Part shown: one piece after another, positions 18,685 through 27,666 of the stretch
Position numbering within the stretch: the stretch's first letter is position 1
Layout: every line of letters starts with the position of its first letter
DNA from: Candidatus Latescibacterota bacterium
GTDB taxonomy: Bacteria; Latescibacterota; UBA2968; UBA8231
DNA length: 64,000 bases
Reading direction: 5' to 3'
NCBI GenBank assembly: GCA_965200315.1
Contig: OZ241362.1
Coordinates: 3,680,001 to 3,744,000 of the forward strand
Notes under the pieces: generated by a model
Told to the model about the DNA's origin: nothing
Seen by the model: only the letters and a program-made list of their open reading frames with translations
Database searches by the model: none
Made by a program: the position numbers and the translations under genes

Positions 18685-19023
18685 CTAAATAGCCGCGTCG
18701 CCGGTTTCGCCGGTGCGGATTCGCACTACCTCATCCACCGACAGCATGAAAATTTTGCCGTCGCCAATACGGCCCGTCCGCGCCGCCTCGCGCACTGCAC
18801 CCAAGCACTGCTCGGCAAGATCGTCCCGCACCACCACCTCGACCTTGAGTTTGGGAGTAAAATCGACGACATACTCGGCACCGCGATATATCTCCTTATG
18901 ACCTTTTTGGCGGCCAAAACCCTTGACTTCGCTAACCGTTATGCCTTGGACACCCAAGCCGCTCAACGCCTCCTTGATAGCGTCTAGCGCGTTGGGCCTC
19001 ACTACGCACATTAGCATTTTCAT
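18685..19023 (-). CDS. glnB: Nitrogen regulatory protein P-II
   Basis: VKGFGRQKG, YRGAEY, TGRIGDGKIF, RIRTGE. glnB versus glnK cannot be distinguished. Confidence 0.92.
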   Translation of the reverse strand: MKMLMCVVRPNALDAIKEALSGLGVQGITVSEVKGFGRQKGHKEIYRGAEYVVDFTPKLKVEVVVRDDLAEQCLGAVREAARTGRIGDGKIFMLSVDEVVRIRTGETGDAAI

Positions 19024-19168
19024 ATCGCCATCTCCTCGCGTGTTGATGCCTAAGAAAAGTAGGTCGCCGCGCTCTCTGGCGCAATGGTCGGAATCGCTTT
19101 AGACTTTCTTACTTTTTGATTATTAGCCGCCCCAAGCGGCGCACCTGTTTCTACGTGGTATAATTTTG

Positions 19169-21130
19169 ATGAATGGAGTTCAGGCCGGATGCCTGCTAGT
19201 GCTCGTGGCCCTAGTGGGATGCGGCCGAGAAAGTCAAGCGGCACCCCCAGCGGCCGAGGGCGATATCCCGCGCACCGCGTGGCCCGAAAGCTGGTTCCAC
19301 CCCCCGCGCACGGCCTCGGAAGTCGGCTTGACGACCTTCCATCAGTCGCCCATGCTCGACGAACTCGTGGCCACCGGCGAGTTGCCACCGGTGGAGGAGC
19401 GGCTCCCCGACGACCCGATTGTCGTCGAGCCAATCGACGGGATTGGGACCTATGGGGGCACCGCACGGCTGTTCCTCGCCGGCGAACAGCTCCTCAACGT
19501 GCCCGAAGGAACCCTGCGCCCGGGCCCGCAACTCCAGCTAACCCTGCCCAACTTTGCCGAGCGGGTCGAGTACCACAACGACGCGCAGACCCTGACGGTG
19601 GCCCTCCGACCCGGGCACAAGTGGTCCGACGGCCACCAAGTGACGGCCGACGACTTTGTCTTTTGGTTCGATCGCGTCCAGATGAACAAAAGCCTCACCC
19701 CCGTGGTGTCGCCCCGCTTTAAGGGGGCCCACATAGAAAAGCACGGCCCCCACCTTTTTAGCTATCACTTTCCCCAGCCGATGCCGCTCTTTGTCAAGCA
19801 CCTCGCCCACAACAGCTCGCATCTGTCGGCACCAGCGCACTTTATGCGCCGCTATCATCCCGATTTTACCGACGCGGAGCAGCTAGAGCGCGAAGCAGCC
19901 GAGCTCGGCCTGCAAGACTGGCGCACCTATTTTCAAGCCGTTGTCAGCACGCGCGACCTAATGGTCTTTCACAAGCCGGTACAGACCGCTTACGTGGTGG
20001 TCAGCAAGACTTCGACGCGCGTCCGCTATCGCCGCAACCCCTATTACCCCAAGGTAGACCCTGCTGGCAATCAACTGCCCTATATAGATTACCTCGAAGT
20101 CCAGCGGGTTGACAGCCCCGAGATCATGGCAGCTAAGGCCGCCACCGGGCAGGTCGATTTTGCCGGGCGGCAGTTTAAGACCGCTGACATCCCACTGTTT
20201 AAGCGCTTTGAGCAAGACAACGACTACGAGACGTACCTCTGGCCTCGTCCATACGGCTCGGACGTCACCTTCATGCTCAATATGACTCACCCGGACGAGC
20301 GGCTCAGGCAGATTTTTCAGGACGTGCGCTTTCGCCGCGCCCTCTCGCTGGCCATCAACCGCGCAGAGATCAACGACATCGCCTATTACGGGCAGGGGGT
20401 CCCACGCCAGTTGACGGTCGTATCTTCGAGCCGCTACTTTGAGCCTTCCTTTGCCGCGGCTTGGGCCGAGCACGATCCGCAACGCGCGCGCGCCTTGCTC
20501 GACGAGATGGGGCTGGTTGACCGCAACGGCGACGGCCGGCGCGAGCATCCCGATGGCCGCCCCCTCGAAATCACTCTGGAGTACACGATCGGGGAGACGC
20601 CAAAGCAAGTCACTGTGGACTTGGCAACCGCCCACTGGCGCGAAGTGGGGCTGCACATCAACCGCAAGCAAATAAGCGGCGCGCTGCAAGGCATTCGCAC
20701 TCGCGGCGGGGTCATGGACATGAGCATCTGGCACGCCGATCGCAACGCCGATATCCTCTTTCCCATCGAGCCTTTTTGGTATGTGCCCATGCACGTGGGG
20801 CAGGAGGTGACCCAGTGGCCGGAGTGGTCGCGGTGGTATCGGTCAGACGGAGCGCGCGGCTGGATGCCGCCCGACAAGGTCCGGGACCTAATCGCTTGGT
20901 GGGAGGTGCTCCGCCGCACATCAGACCTGCAAGAGCGCATCGCCATGGGCAAGAAAATTCTCCACAGCCAAGCCGAAAACCTGTGGGCGCTCGGCGTCAT
21001 CGGCCTAGGGCCACATCCCGTCATCGTTAACAACCGGCTGCGCAATGTCCCTCGTCAGGGCTATTGGGGGTGGGATTCGCGCTGGTCTTGGCCCTACTAT
21101 CCAGAGACTTGGTATTTGCAAAAAGACTGA
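19169..21130 (+). CDS. ABC transporter substrate-binding lipoprotein (family 5)
   Basis: Lipobox LVGC; GELPPVEERLP, KWSDG, RNPYYPKVD, FRRALSLAINR. Confidence 0.9.
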   Translation: MNGVQAGCLLVLVALVGCGRESQAAPPAAEGDIPRTAWPESWFHPPRTASEVGLTTFHQSPMLDELVATGELPPVEERLPDDPIVVEPIDGIGTYGGTARLFLAGEQLLNVPEGTLRPGPQLQLTLPNFAERVEYHNDAQTLTVALRPGHKWSDGHQVTADDFVFWFDRVQMNKSLTPVVSPRFKGAHIEKHGPHLFSYHFPQPMPLFVKHLAHNSSHLSAPAHFMRRYHPDFTDAEQLEREAAELGLQDWRTYFQAVVSTRDLMVFHKPVQTAYVVVSKTSTRVRYRRNPYYPKVDPAGNQLPYIDYLEVQRVDSPEIMAAKAATGQVDFAGRQFKTADIPLFKRFEQDNDYETYLWPRPYGSDVTFMLNMTHPDERLRQIFQDVRFRRALSLAINRAEINDIAYYGQGVPRQLTVVSSSRYFEPSFAAAWAEHDPQRARALLDEMGLVDRNGDGRREHPDGRPLEITLEYTIGETPKQVTVDLATAHWREVGLHINRKQISGALQGIRTRGGVMDMSIWHADRNADILFPIEPFWYVPMHVGQEVTQWPEWSRWYRSDGARGWMPPDKVRDLIAWWEVLRRTSDLQERIAMGKKILHSQAENLWALGVIGLGPHPVIVNNRLRNVPRQGYWGWDSRWSWPYYPETWYLQKD

Positions 21131-21133
21131 GCC

Positions 21134-22117
21134 ATGATCAACTACATCATCCGCCGCGTCCTGATTATGATCCCCACCCTGCTAGCCGTTTCGGTGCTGG
21201 TCTTCGTCGTCATCCAGTTGCCGCCCGGGGACATCATCACGTCGCGCCTGCAAGAGCTACAGGCCGAGGGCCAAGACATCTCCGAGGAACAGATCGCCGC
21301 TCTGCGCGCCCGCTACCACCTCGACGACCCGATGTTTATCCAATACTTCAAGTGGATGGGTGGCTTCCTCCAAGGCGACATGGGCTATTCAGTGATGTAC
21401 GGCCAGTCGGTCAACAACCTGATCTGGGAGCGGCTTGGCTACACCTTGCTGATCACCTCGACCGCGACCTTGTTGACTTGGCTGGTGGCCTTCCCGGTGG
21501 GCATCTACTCGGCCCTGCGCCAGTACTCGGTGCTCGACTACACGGCAACCCTCGCGGCCTTCGTCGGCTTGGCGACGCCCAACTTCCTGCTCGCGCTGGT
21601 TTTGATGTACCTCGGCTACGAGTGGTTTGGGATCGCCGTAGGCGGGTTGTTTTCCCCCGAGTACGCGAGTGCGCCGTGGAGCTTGGCCAAGCTCGGCGAT
21701 TTACTTGGGCATCTGTGGATCCCGGCCGTGGTCGTCGGCACGGCCGGCATGGCCGGGCTAATGAGGATTATGCGCGCCAATCTCCTCGACGAGCTGGGCA
21801 AGCCCTACGTAACCACGGCGCTGGCCAAGGGCCTTGGTCCGGTCCGCTTGGTGATTAAGTACCCGTTGCGCATTGCCATCAATCCCTTTATCAGCACGGT
21901 CGGCTGGATGCTGCCGCACCTGATCTCCGGCTCGGCCATCACCAGCGTGGTGTTGAGCTTGCCGACGACCGGCCCCCTGCTGCTCGACTCCCTCCGCAAT
22001 CAAGACATGTACTTGGCGGGCAGTTTCCTGCTCATGCTCAGCGTCCTGACGGTGATCGGCACCCTGCTGTCGGACATTCTCTTGGCCATTGCCGACCCGC
22101 GCATCCGCTATGAGTGA
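21134..22117 (+). CDS. ABC permease (OppB/DppB-like)
   Basis: YIIRR..IPTL, EAA-like loop YVTTALAKGL, ends DPRIRY. Confidence 0.9.
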   Translation: MINYIIRRVLIMIPTLLAVSVLVFVVIQLPPGDIITSRLQELQAEGQDISEEQIAALRARYHLDDPMFIQYFKWMGGFLQGDMGYSVMYGQSVNNLIWERLGYTLLITSTATLLTWLVAFPVGIYSALRQYSVLDYTATLAAFVGLATPNFLLALVLMYLGYEWFGIAVGGLFSPEYASAPWSLAKLGDLLGHLWIPAVVVGTAGMAGLMRIMRANLLDELGKPYVTTALAKGLGPVRLVIKYPLRIAINPFISTVGWMLPHLISGSAITSVVLSLPTTGPLLLDSLRNQDMYLAGSFLLMLSVLTVIGTLLSDILLAIADPRIRYE

Positions 22118-23216
22118 AGATCGCCCCACAACCCAACTAGCCGACGCCTCGCAGTGGCGGCTGATGTGGATGCGCTTCCGCCGCCATCGGTTGGCCTTAG
22201 CCGGCAGCGCAGTGCTGATTGCGCTCTACGGCCTCGCGGCCCTGTGCGAATTTGTCTCGCCCTACCAGCCCGACCAGCGCCACGCTCAATACGTCCTCTG
22301 TCCGCCGCAGGAGATCCGCTTTTTCGACGGCGAGGGGCGCTTTCACTGGCGTCCCTTTGTCCACGGCGTGCGGCAAGACACGGCCGCTGGCCCGTGGCAG
22401 CGCGAATATCTCGTCGATACCAAGACCGTGTATCCGATCCGCTTTTTCGCACGCGGCCCGGCCTACGAGTTTTGGGGGCTTTTCAACGCGGACTTGCACT
22501 TGTTCAGCGCGGGCAGCGGGCCGTTGTTCCTCTTTGGCACCGACGATCTGGGCCGCGATCTGTTCAGCCGAATTATACATGGGGCGCGCATCTCGCTCAC
22601 CATTGGGCTAATCGGCGTGGCCCTGACCTTCCTCATCGGCATTCTGCTGGGGGGATTGGCTGGTTATTACAGCGGTTGGGTCGATGTGGTGGTGCAGCGG
22701 ATGATCGAGGTCCTGATGGCCGTGCCGCAGTTACCGCTGTGGATGGCGTTGAGCGCGGCGCTGCCAGCGCACTGGCCGCCGCTGCATATTTACTTCGGCG
22801 TCACCATCATCCTCTCGCTGATGGGCTGGACTGGGTTGGCGCGGGTGGTGCGCGGCCGCTTTCTGTCGCTGCGCGACGAGGATTTCGTGGTCGCCGCTCG
22901 CCTGTCGGGCACCAGCGAGTTGAAAATCATTTTCAAACACCTGCTGCCGTCGTTCCTCAGCCACGTGATCACGTCGGCTACCCTAGCGGTGCCGGGCATG
23001 ATCCTCGGCGAGACCGCGCTGAGTTTTTTGGGGATCGGGCTGCGGGCACCCGTGGTTAGCTGGGGGGTGCTGCTGCAAAAGGCGCAGAATTTTCAGGCCG
23101 TGGCCATGGCACCGTGGCTCTTGCTGCCCGGGCTTTTCGTGGTCATCGCGGTCTTGGCCTTCAACGTGGTCGGCGATGGGATGCGCGACGCGGCCGATCC
23201 GTATGCGAGCCGGTGA
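22110..23216 (+). CDS. ABC permease (OppC/DppC-like)
   Basis: FGTDDLGRD, ETALSFLGIG, GDGMRDAADP; ATG 22110 overlaps the previous stop. Confidence 0.9.
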   Translation: MSEDRPTTQLADASQWRLMWMRFRRHRLALAGSAVLIALYGLAALCEFVSPYQPDQRHAQYVLCPPQEIRFFDGEGRFHWRPFVHGVRQDTAAGPWQREYLVDTKTVYPIRFFARGPAYEFWGLFNADLHLFSAGSGPLFLFGTDDLGRDLFSRIIHGARISLTIGLIGVALTFLIGILLGGLAGYYSGWVDVVVQRMIEVLMAVPQLPLWMALSAALPAHWPPLHIYFGVTIILSLMGWTGLARVVRGRFLSLRDEDFVVAARLSGTSELKIIFKHLLPSFLSHVITSATLAVPGMILGETALSFLGIGLRAPVVSWGVLLQKAQNFQAVAMAPWLLLPGLFVVIAVLAFNVVGDGMRDAADPYASR

Positions 23217-23353
23217 CACGCTTTTGGGCCGCACAAAGTACTGTTTAACGGGAGCGGCGGCGTATGAAAAAACGCCGGGGTTTCTTTATATTCTGATGGT
23301 AGAATTTCACTTGGTATGTCCCTACGTTTGAACCCAATTCAGTTAGGTATGCC

Positions 23354-24117
23354 ATGTTTACTGTAAGCGATTTTCGAGATTTGGTCCAACTCTTAGACGA
23401 GCATCCTGATTGGCGAGAGGAGATGCGACGCTTGGTCTTGACGGACGAAGTGTTGTCGCTTCCCAGTGCAGTCCGTGAACTGGTTGAAGCGCAGCATCGG
23501 ACCGAGGCCCGCATGGATCAGCTAACCGAGCGCATGGATCAGCTAACCGAGCGCGTGGATCAGCTAACCGAGCGCATGGATCAGCTAACCGAGCGCGTGA
23601 ATCAGCTAAGCTAACCGAGCGCATGGATCAGCTAACCGAGCGCATGGATCAGCTAACCGAGGCCCTGACGAAGGTCTCCAGTGACGTCGATTGGCTCAAA
23701 GGCGACCAACTCGAGCGGAGATACCGGGAACGAGGACCGGCCTACTTCGCTCCTCTGATTCGTCATGCCCATGTACTGTCATCGGACGAATGGGTCTCCT
23801 TGGTCGAAGGTGCGCTGGATCAGGAACAAATCTCGGAGCAAGAAGCGGATGACCTTTTGCAAACAGATGCAATCGTGCGCGGCCGGCGGCGGGAAGATGG
23901 CGCAGAGGTTTATCTGGTGGTGGAAGTGTCTTGGGGGGTCGGTATTTCCGATGTCCAACGAGCCTCGGAGCGCGCCGCCATGCTGGCGAGAATCGGCAAA
24001 ACCACCCTTCCGGTAGTCGCGGGTTCTTGGGTGACCCCCGATGCACAAGAACCCGCTCGCATCATGGGGGTCTGGCAGGTTACCAATGGCCGGGTAACGG
24101 ACCCGAAAGCCGCTTGA
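23354..24117 (+). pseudogene. Heptad-repeat coiled-coil protein with PD-(D/E)XK-like C-domain, frameshifted inside the repeat
   Basis: ORFs 23354-23614 and 23623-24117 join if a 5-bp duplication (GCTAA) is removed; DAIVRG..LVVEVS motif. Confidence 0.75.
23510..23661 (+). repeat. 7 x 21-bp tandem repeat (CGCATGGATCAGCTAACCGAG, RMDQLTE)
   Basis: Directly visible; unit 5 is 26 bp. Confidence 0.95.
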
Positions 24118-24125
24118 AGCCGGCA

Positions 24126-24170
24126 CTACCGACGCAAGCTGGACGAGCGCGGGATCGGCCTCGCCGCGCT
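24126..24170 (+). repeat. Degenerate copy of an internal segment of the ABC ATPase gene (32760-32804)
   Basis: 40/45 identical by manual alignment. Confidence 0.85.
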
Positions 24171-24218
24171 TTAGGCTGCCCGCAGTCTAGCCTAAACCGG
24201 ATCCTGTGAGCGATTACA

Positions 24219-27200
24219 GTGCCGCGCATTTTCGACAACATTAAACAAAAGCTCCAGCCAGCCCTGGCGGAAACCATGAAGGTCGCCGACCGGGCCGACT
24301 TCTGCGTGGGCTACTTCAACCTCTACGGCTGGCAAGCCATCGACAAATACGTCGAACAGTGGGCTGGTGGCGACGGTCATTGCTGCCGTCTGCTGGTCGG
24401 CATGCAGCGGCTGCCCCATGAAGAGCTTCGCATTGCGCGAAGTTTTTCGGCCAGTGAAGAACAGCTAGACAACCAGACCGCGTTGCGGCTGAAACGCAGG
24501 CTGGCAGAAGAGTTTCGCGAGCAATTGACGATCGGCACCCCCAGCAACGCGGACGAGGCGGGCCTTCGCCGACTAGCGCGACAACTCGACGCAAAGAAGG
24601 TGGTGGTCAAGCTGTTTCTCCGGCACCCGCTTCACGCCAAGCTCTATCTGTTATTCCGCCCAGATCCGATCAATCCAATCGTCGGCTATTTGGGCAGCAG
24701 CAATCTCACTCAAGCGGGGTTATCTGGTCAGGGTGAACTCAACGTAGATGTGCTGGAACTCGACGCCTGTCAGAAACTGGCCCAATGGTTTGCAGAGCGG
24801 TGGAATGACCGTTGGTGCATCGATATATCGCAGGAACTGCTCGAAATTATTAATGAGAGTTGGGCGCGAGAAAAACCAATTCCGCCGTACCATATCTACG
24901 TTAAGATGGCCTACCACCTATCACAGGAAGCACGAGCCGGCCTGAACGAGTTTCGGATCCCCGCAGACTTCGGCAACAAACTGCTCGACTTCCAGATAGC
25001 TGCGGTAAAAATTGCAGCCCATCTCCTGAACAAACGCGGCGGCGTCATCATCGGCGATGTGGTCGGGCTGGGCAAAACGCTCATGGCAACCGCTTTGGCG
25101 CGGATATTTGAAGATGATCTCGGCCTTGAGACCTTAATCATCTGCCCGAAGAATCTCGTCCCAATGTGGGAGGATTATCGCCAGCAGTACCGCCTGCGCG
25201 CCCGCGTCCTGTCGATCAGCCGCGTGATCGACCAATTGCCCAACATGCGCCGGTACCGACTGGTACTCATCGACGAGAGCCACAATCTGAGAAATCGCGA
25301 GGGTAAGAGATACCGTGCCATCCAAGAATACATCACGGAAAACGACAGCAAATGCATCCTGCTGTCGGCGACCCCATACAACAAGACCTACCTAGATTTA
25401 TCTAGCCAACTTCGCCTCTTTGTAGCCGATGATGCCGATCTCGGCATTCGCCCGGAACGCTTGCTTAAAGAGATAGGTGAAACCGAATTCGTGCGCCGGC
25501 ACCAAGCTCCGGTTCGATCGCTAGCGGCATTTGAAAAATCTGAATATGCCGACGACTGGCGGGAGCTGATGCGCCTGTATCTCGTGCGTCGAACTCGCAG
25601 CTTCATCCAACGCAACTATGCTGCCACCGACCAAGCCAATGGGCGAAAATTTTTGACCTTTGAAAACGGTACGCGCTCCTACTTCCCAGCCCGAGTCCCC
25701 AAGACGCTTAGGTTTGATATAGACGAACAATACGCCCGGCTATTTGCAGACCACGTCGTTGAAGCCATAAATGGCTTGGAACTCCCGCGCTACGGGCTGG
25801 GCAATTATGTCAAGTCATCATCGCCCACGCCCCCTACCGATACGGAAACAAAAATTCTAGACGACTTGTCGCGGGCCGGTAAGCGCCTGATGGGCTTTTG
25901 TCGCACCAACCTGTTTAAGCGTCTGGAGAGCAGCGGCCATGCCTTTTTGCTGTCGGTTGAACGACACGTGCTCAGAAACTTCATTTTTCTCCACGCCATT
26001 GATAATGATCTGCCGCTTCCCATCGGAACGACCGATGCCGGGCTCTTGGATACGCAATCCTTCGACCGCGATGCTGATGAGGGGGTCGGGGACTTTTTCG
26101 ATACGGGAGATGAAGACGATGGCGAAGGGTCCAACGGAGCGACCTCACTGAGAACGGAGGCCGATTTCCGCCAGCGAGCCGCCGAGGTCTATGCGCTCTA
26201 TGCTAATCGCTACAAGAGGCGCTTCCGCTGGCTGTCGCCACGCCACTTCGTCGCGGATCTCGGCAGTGCCTTAAAGGCGGACGCCAAAGCACTTCTCAAC
26301 CTCCTAGCCCAATTCGGCGAGTGGCAAGCGGCCAAAGACGCCAAGCTGAATGCACTGGAAGAACTGCTGAGGAGCAACCATGCGGACCGCAAAGTTCTGG
26401 TCTTTACCCAATTTGCCGACACGGTGCATTATCTAGAAAAAGAGTTGCGGGCGCGCGGAGTGTCGAACATGGCCGCCGCGACTGGAGACACGCCGGACGT
26501 GACGCAACTTGCTTGGCACTTTAGCCCGAGGAGCAATGAAAAAGACAACCTAGGCCAAGAACTGCGGATCCTGATTGCGACCGACGTGCTCAGCGAAGGG
26601 CAGAACCTGCAAGACTGCGCCGTCGTAGTGAATTACGACCTGCCGTGGGCCATTACCCGCTTGATTCAACGGGCCGGTCGCGTTGACCGCATCGGCCAGC
26701 AGGCGCATGACATCCTGTGCTATTCCTTTCTCCCAGCCGATGGAATCGAACGCCTTATTCGGCTGCGGGAGCGCGTCCGAGCACGCCTCGACCAAAACGC
26801 CGAAGTGGTAGGGACCGACGAGGCATTCTTTGAGAATGAGGACCAACAGGCCGTGCTCGATCTCTACAACGAGAAGGCCGGCATTCTCGATGGCGACGAC
26901 GATACCGAAGTTGATCTCTCATCCTACGCCTACCAAATCTGGAAAAACGCAACCGAGGCCGACCCACCGCTCAGAAAGAAAATTGAGGACTTGCCGTCTG
27001 TGGTATATTCCGCGAAAGCCTACTGTGAACGACCAGCGCAACCGGAAGGGGCACTCGTTTATATGCGTACCGCACAAGGAAACGATGCCTTGGTTTGGAT
27101 CGACCGCGATGGCAACAGCGTTACCGAGAGTCAATTTGAGATCCTGCGGACTGCCGAATGCTCGCCCAACGCGCCAGCCGTACCGCGTCATGGCACCCAT

Positions 27201-27578
27201 CACGATCTAGTGAGCAAGGCCGTAGAGTACATTGCCCGTGAGGAAAAACAGGTCGGCGGCCAGCTTGGGAGGCCGTCTGGTGCGCGGTTTCGCACCTACG
27301 AGCGGCTCAAGAATCACGCCGAACGGATCGAGGGGACCCTGTTCGATACTGAGCCTTTGCGCCGGGCCATTGACGACATCTATCGCTATCCCTTGCGCCA
27401 AGCTGCGCTGGATACCCTGAACCGGCAGTTGCACAGCGGGATTTCCGCTGAGGCACTTGCCGAGTTGGTCGTCACGCTCCGGGAGGAAGATCGGCTCTGC
27501 GTCGTCCACGAAGAAGATGAACGCCAAGAACCGAGCATTGTCTGTTCGTTGGGTCTAATTAAACAGGGCGGGGACTGA
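24219..27578 (+). CDS. PLD-nuclease + SNF2-like SF2 helicase
   Basis: LHAKLY..GSSNLT (PLD), GDVVGLGKT, LIDESHN, SATP, SEGQNLQ, QRAGRVDRIG. Confidence 0.9.
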   Translation: MPRIFDNIKQKLQPALAETMKVADRADFCVGYFNLYGWQAIDKYVEQWAGGDGHCCRLLVGMQRLPHEELRIARSFSASEEQLDNQTALRLKRRLAEEFREQLTIGTPSNADEAGLRRLARQLDAKKVVVKLFLRHPLHAKLYLLFRPDPINPIVGYLGSSNLTQAGLSGQGELNVDVLELDACQKLAQWFAERWNDRWCIDISQELLEIINESWAREKPIPPYHIYVKMAYHLSQEARAGLNEFRIPADFGNKLLDFQIAAVKIAAHLLNKRGGVIIGDVVGLGKTLMATALARIFEDDLGLETLIICPKNLVPMWEDYRQQYRLRARVLSISRVIDQLPNMRRYRLVLIDESHNLRNREGKRYRAIQEYITENDSKCILLSATPYNKTYLDLSSQLRLFVADDADLGIRPERLLKEIGETEFVRRHQAPVRSLAAFEKSEYADDWRELMRLYLVRRTRSFIQRNYAATDQANGRKFLTFENGTRSYFPARVPKTLRFDIDEQYARLFADHVVEAINGLELPRYGLGNYVKSSSPTPPTDTETKILDDLSRAGKRLMGFCRTNLFKRLESSGHAFLLSVERHVLRNFIFLHAIDNDLPLPIGTTDAGLLDTQSFDRDADEGVGDFFDTGDEDDGEGSNGATSLRTEADFRQRAAEVYALYANRYKRRFRWLSPRHFVADLGSALKADAKALLNLLAQFGEWQAAKDAKLNALEELLRSNHADRKVLVFTQFADTVHYLEKELRARGVSNMAAATGDTPDVTQLAWHFSPRSNEKDNLGQELRILIATDVLSEGQNLQDCAVVVNYDLPWAITRLIQRAGRVDRIGQQAHDILCYSFLPADGIERLIRLRERVRARLDQNAEVVGTDEAFFENEDQQAVLDLYNEKAGILDGDDDTEVDLSSYAYQIWKNATEADPPLRKKIEDLPSVVYSAKAYCERPAQPEGALVYMRTAQGNDALVWIDRDGNSVTESQFEILRTAECSPNAPAVPRHGTHHDLVSKAVEYIAREEKQVGGQLGRPSGARFRTYERLKNHAERIEGTLFDTEPLRRAIDDIYRYPLRQAALDTLNRQLHSGISAEALAELVVTLREEDRLCVVHEEDERQEPSIVCSLGLIKQGGD

Positions 27579-27666
27579 ATCTCGTTATACTATATATTAT
27601 TGCAAATGCGATACATTACCCGCCTTTAAGATGCTAATAACGAACAGCTAATCCGGGATATTCCCA

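Noticed and set aside
23510-23661. Possible CRISPR or guide-RNA array
   Set aside because: Units are contiguous with no spacers, encode an in-frame heptad, and no cas genes are present.
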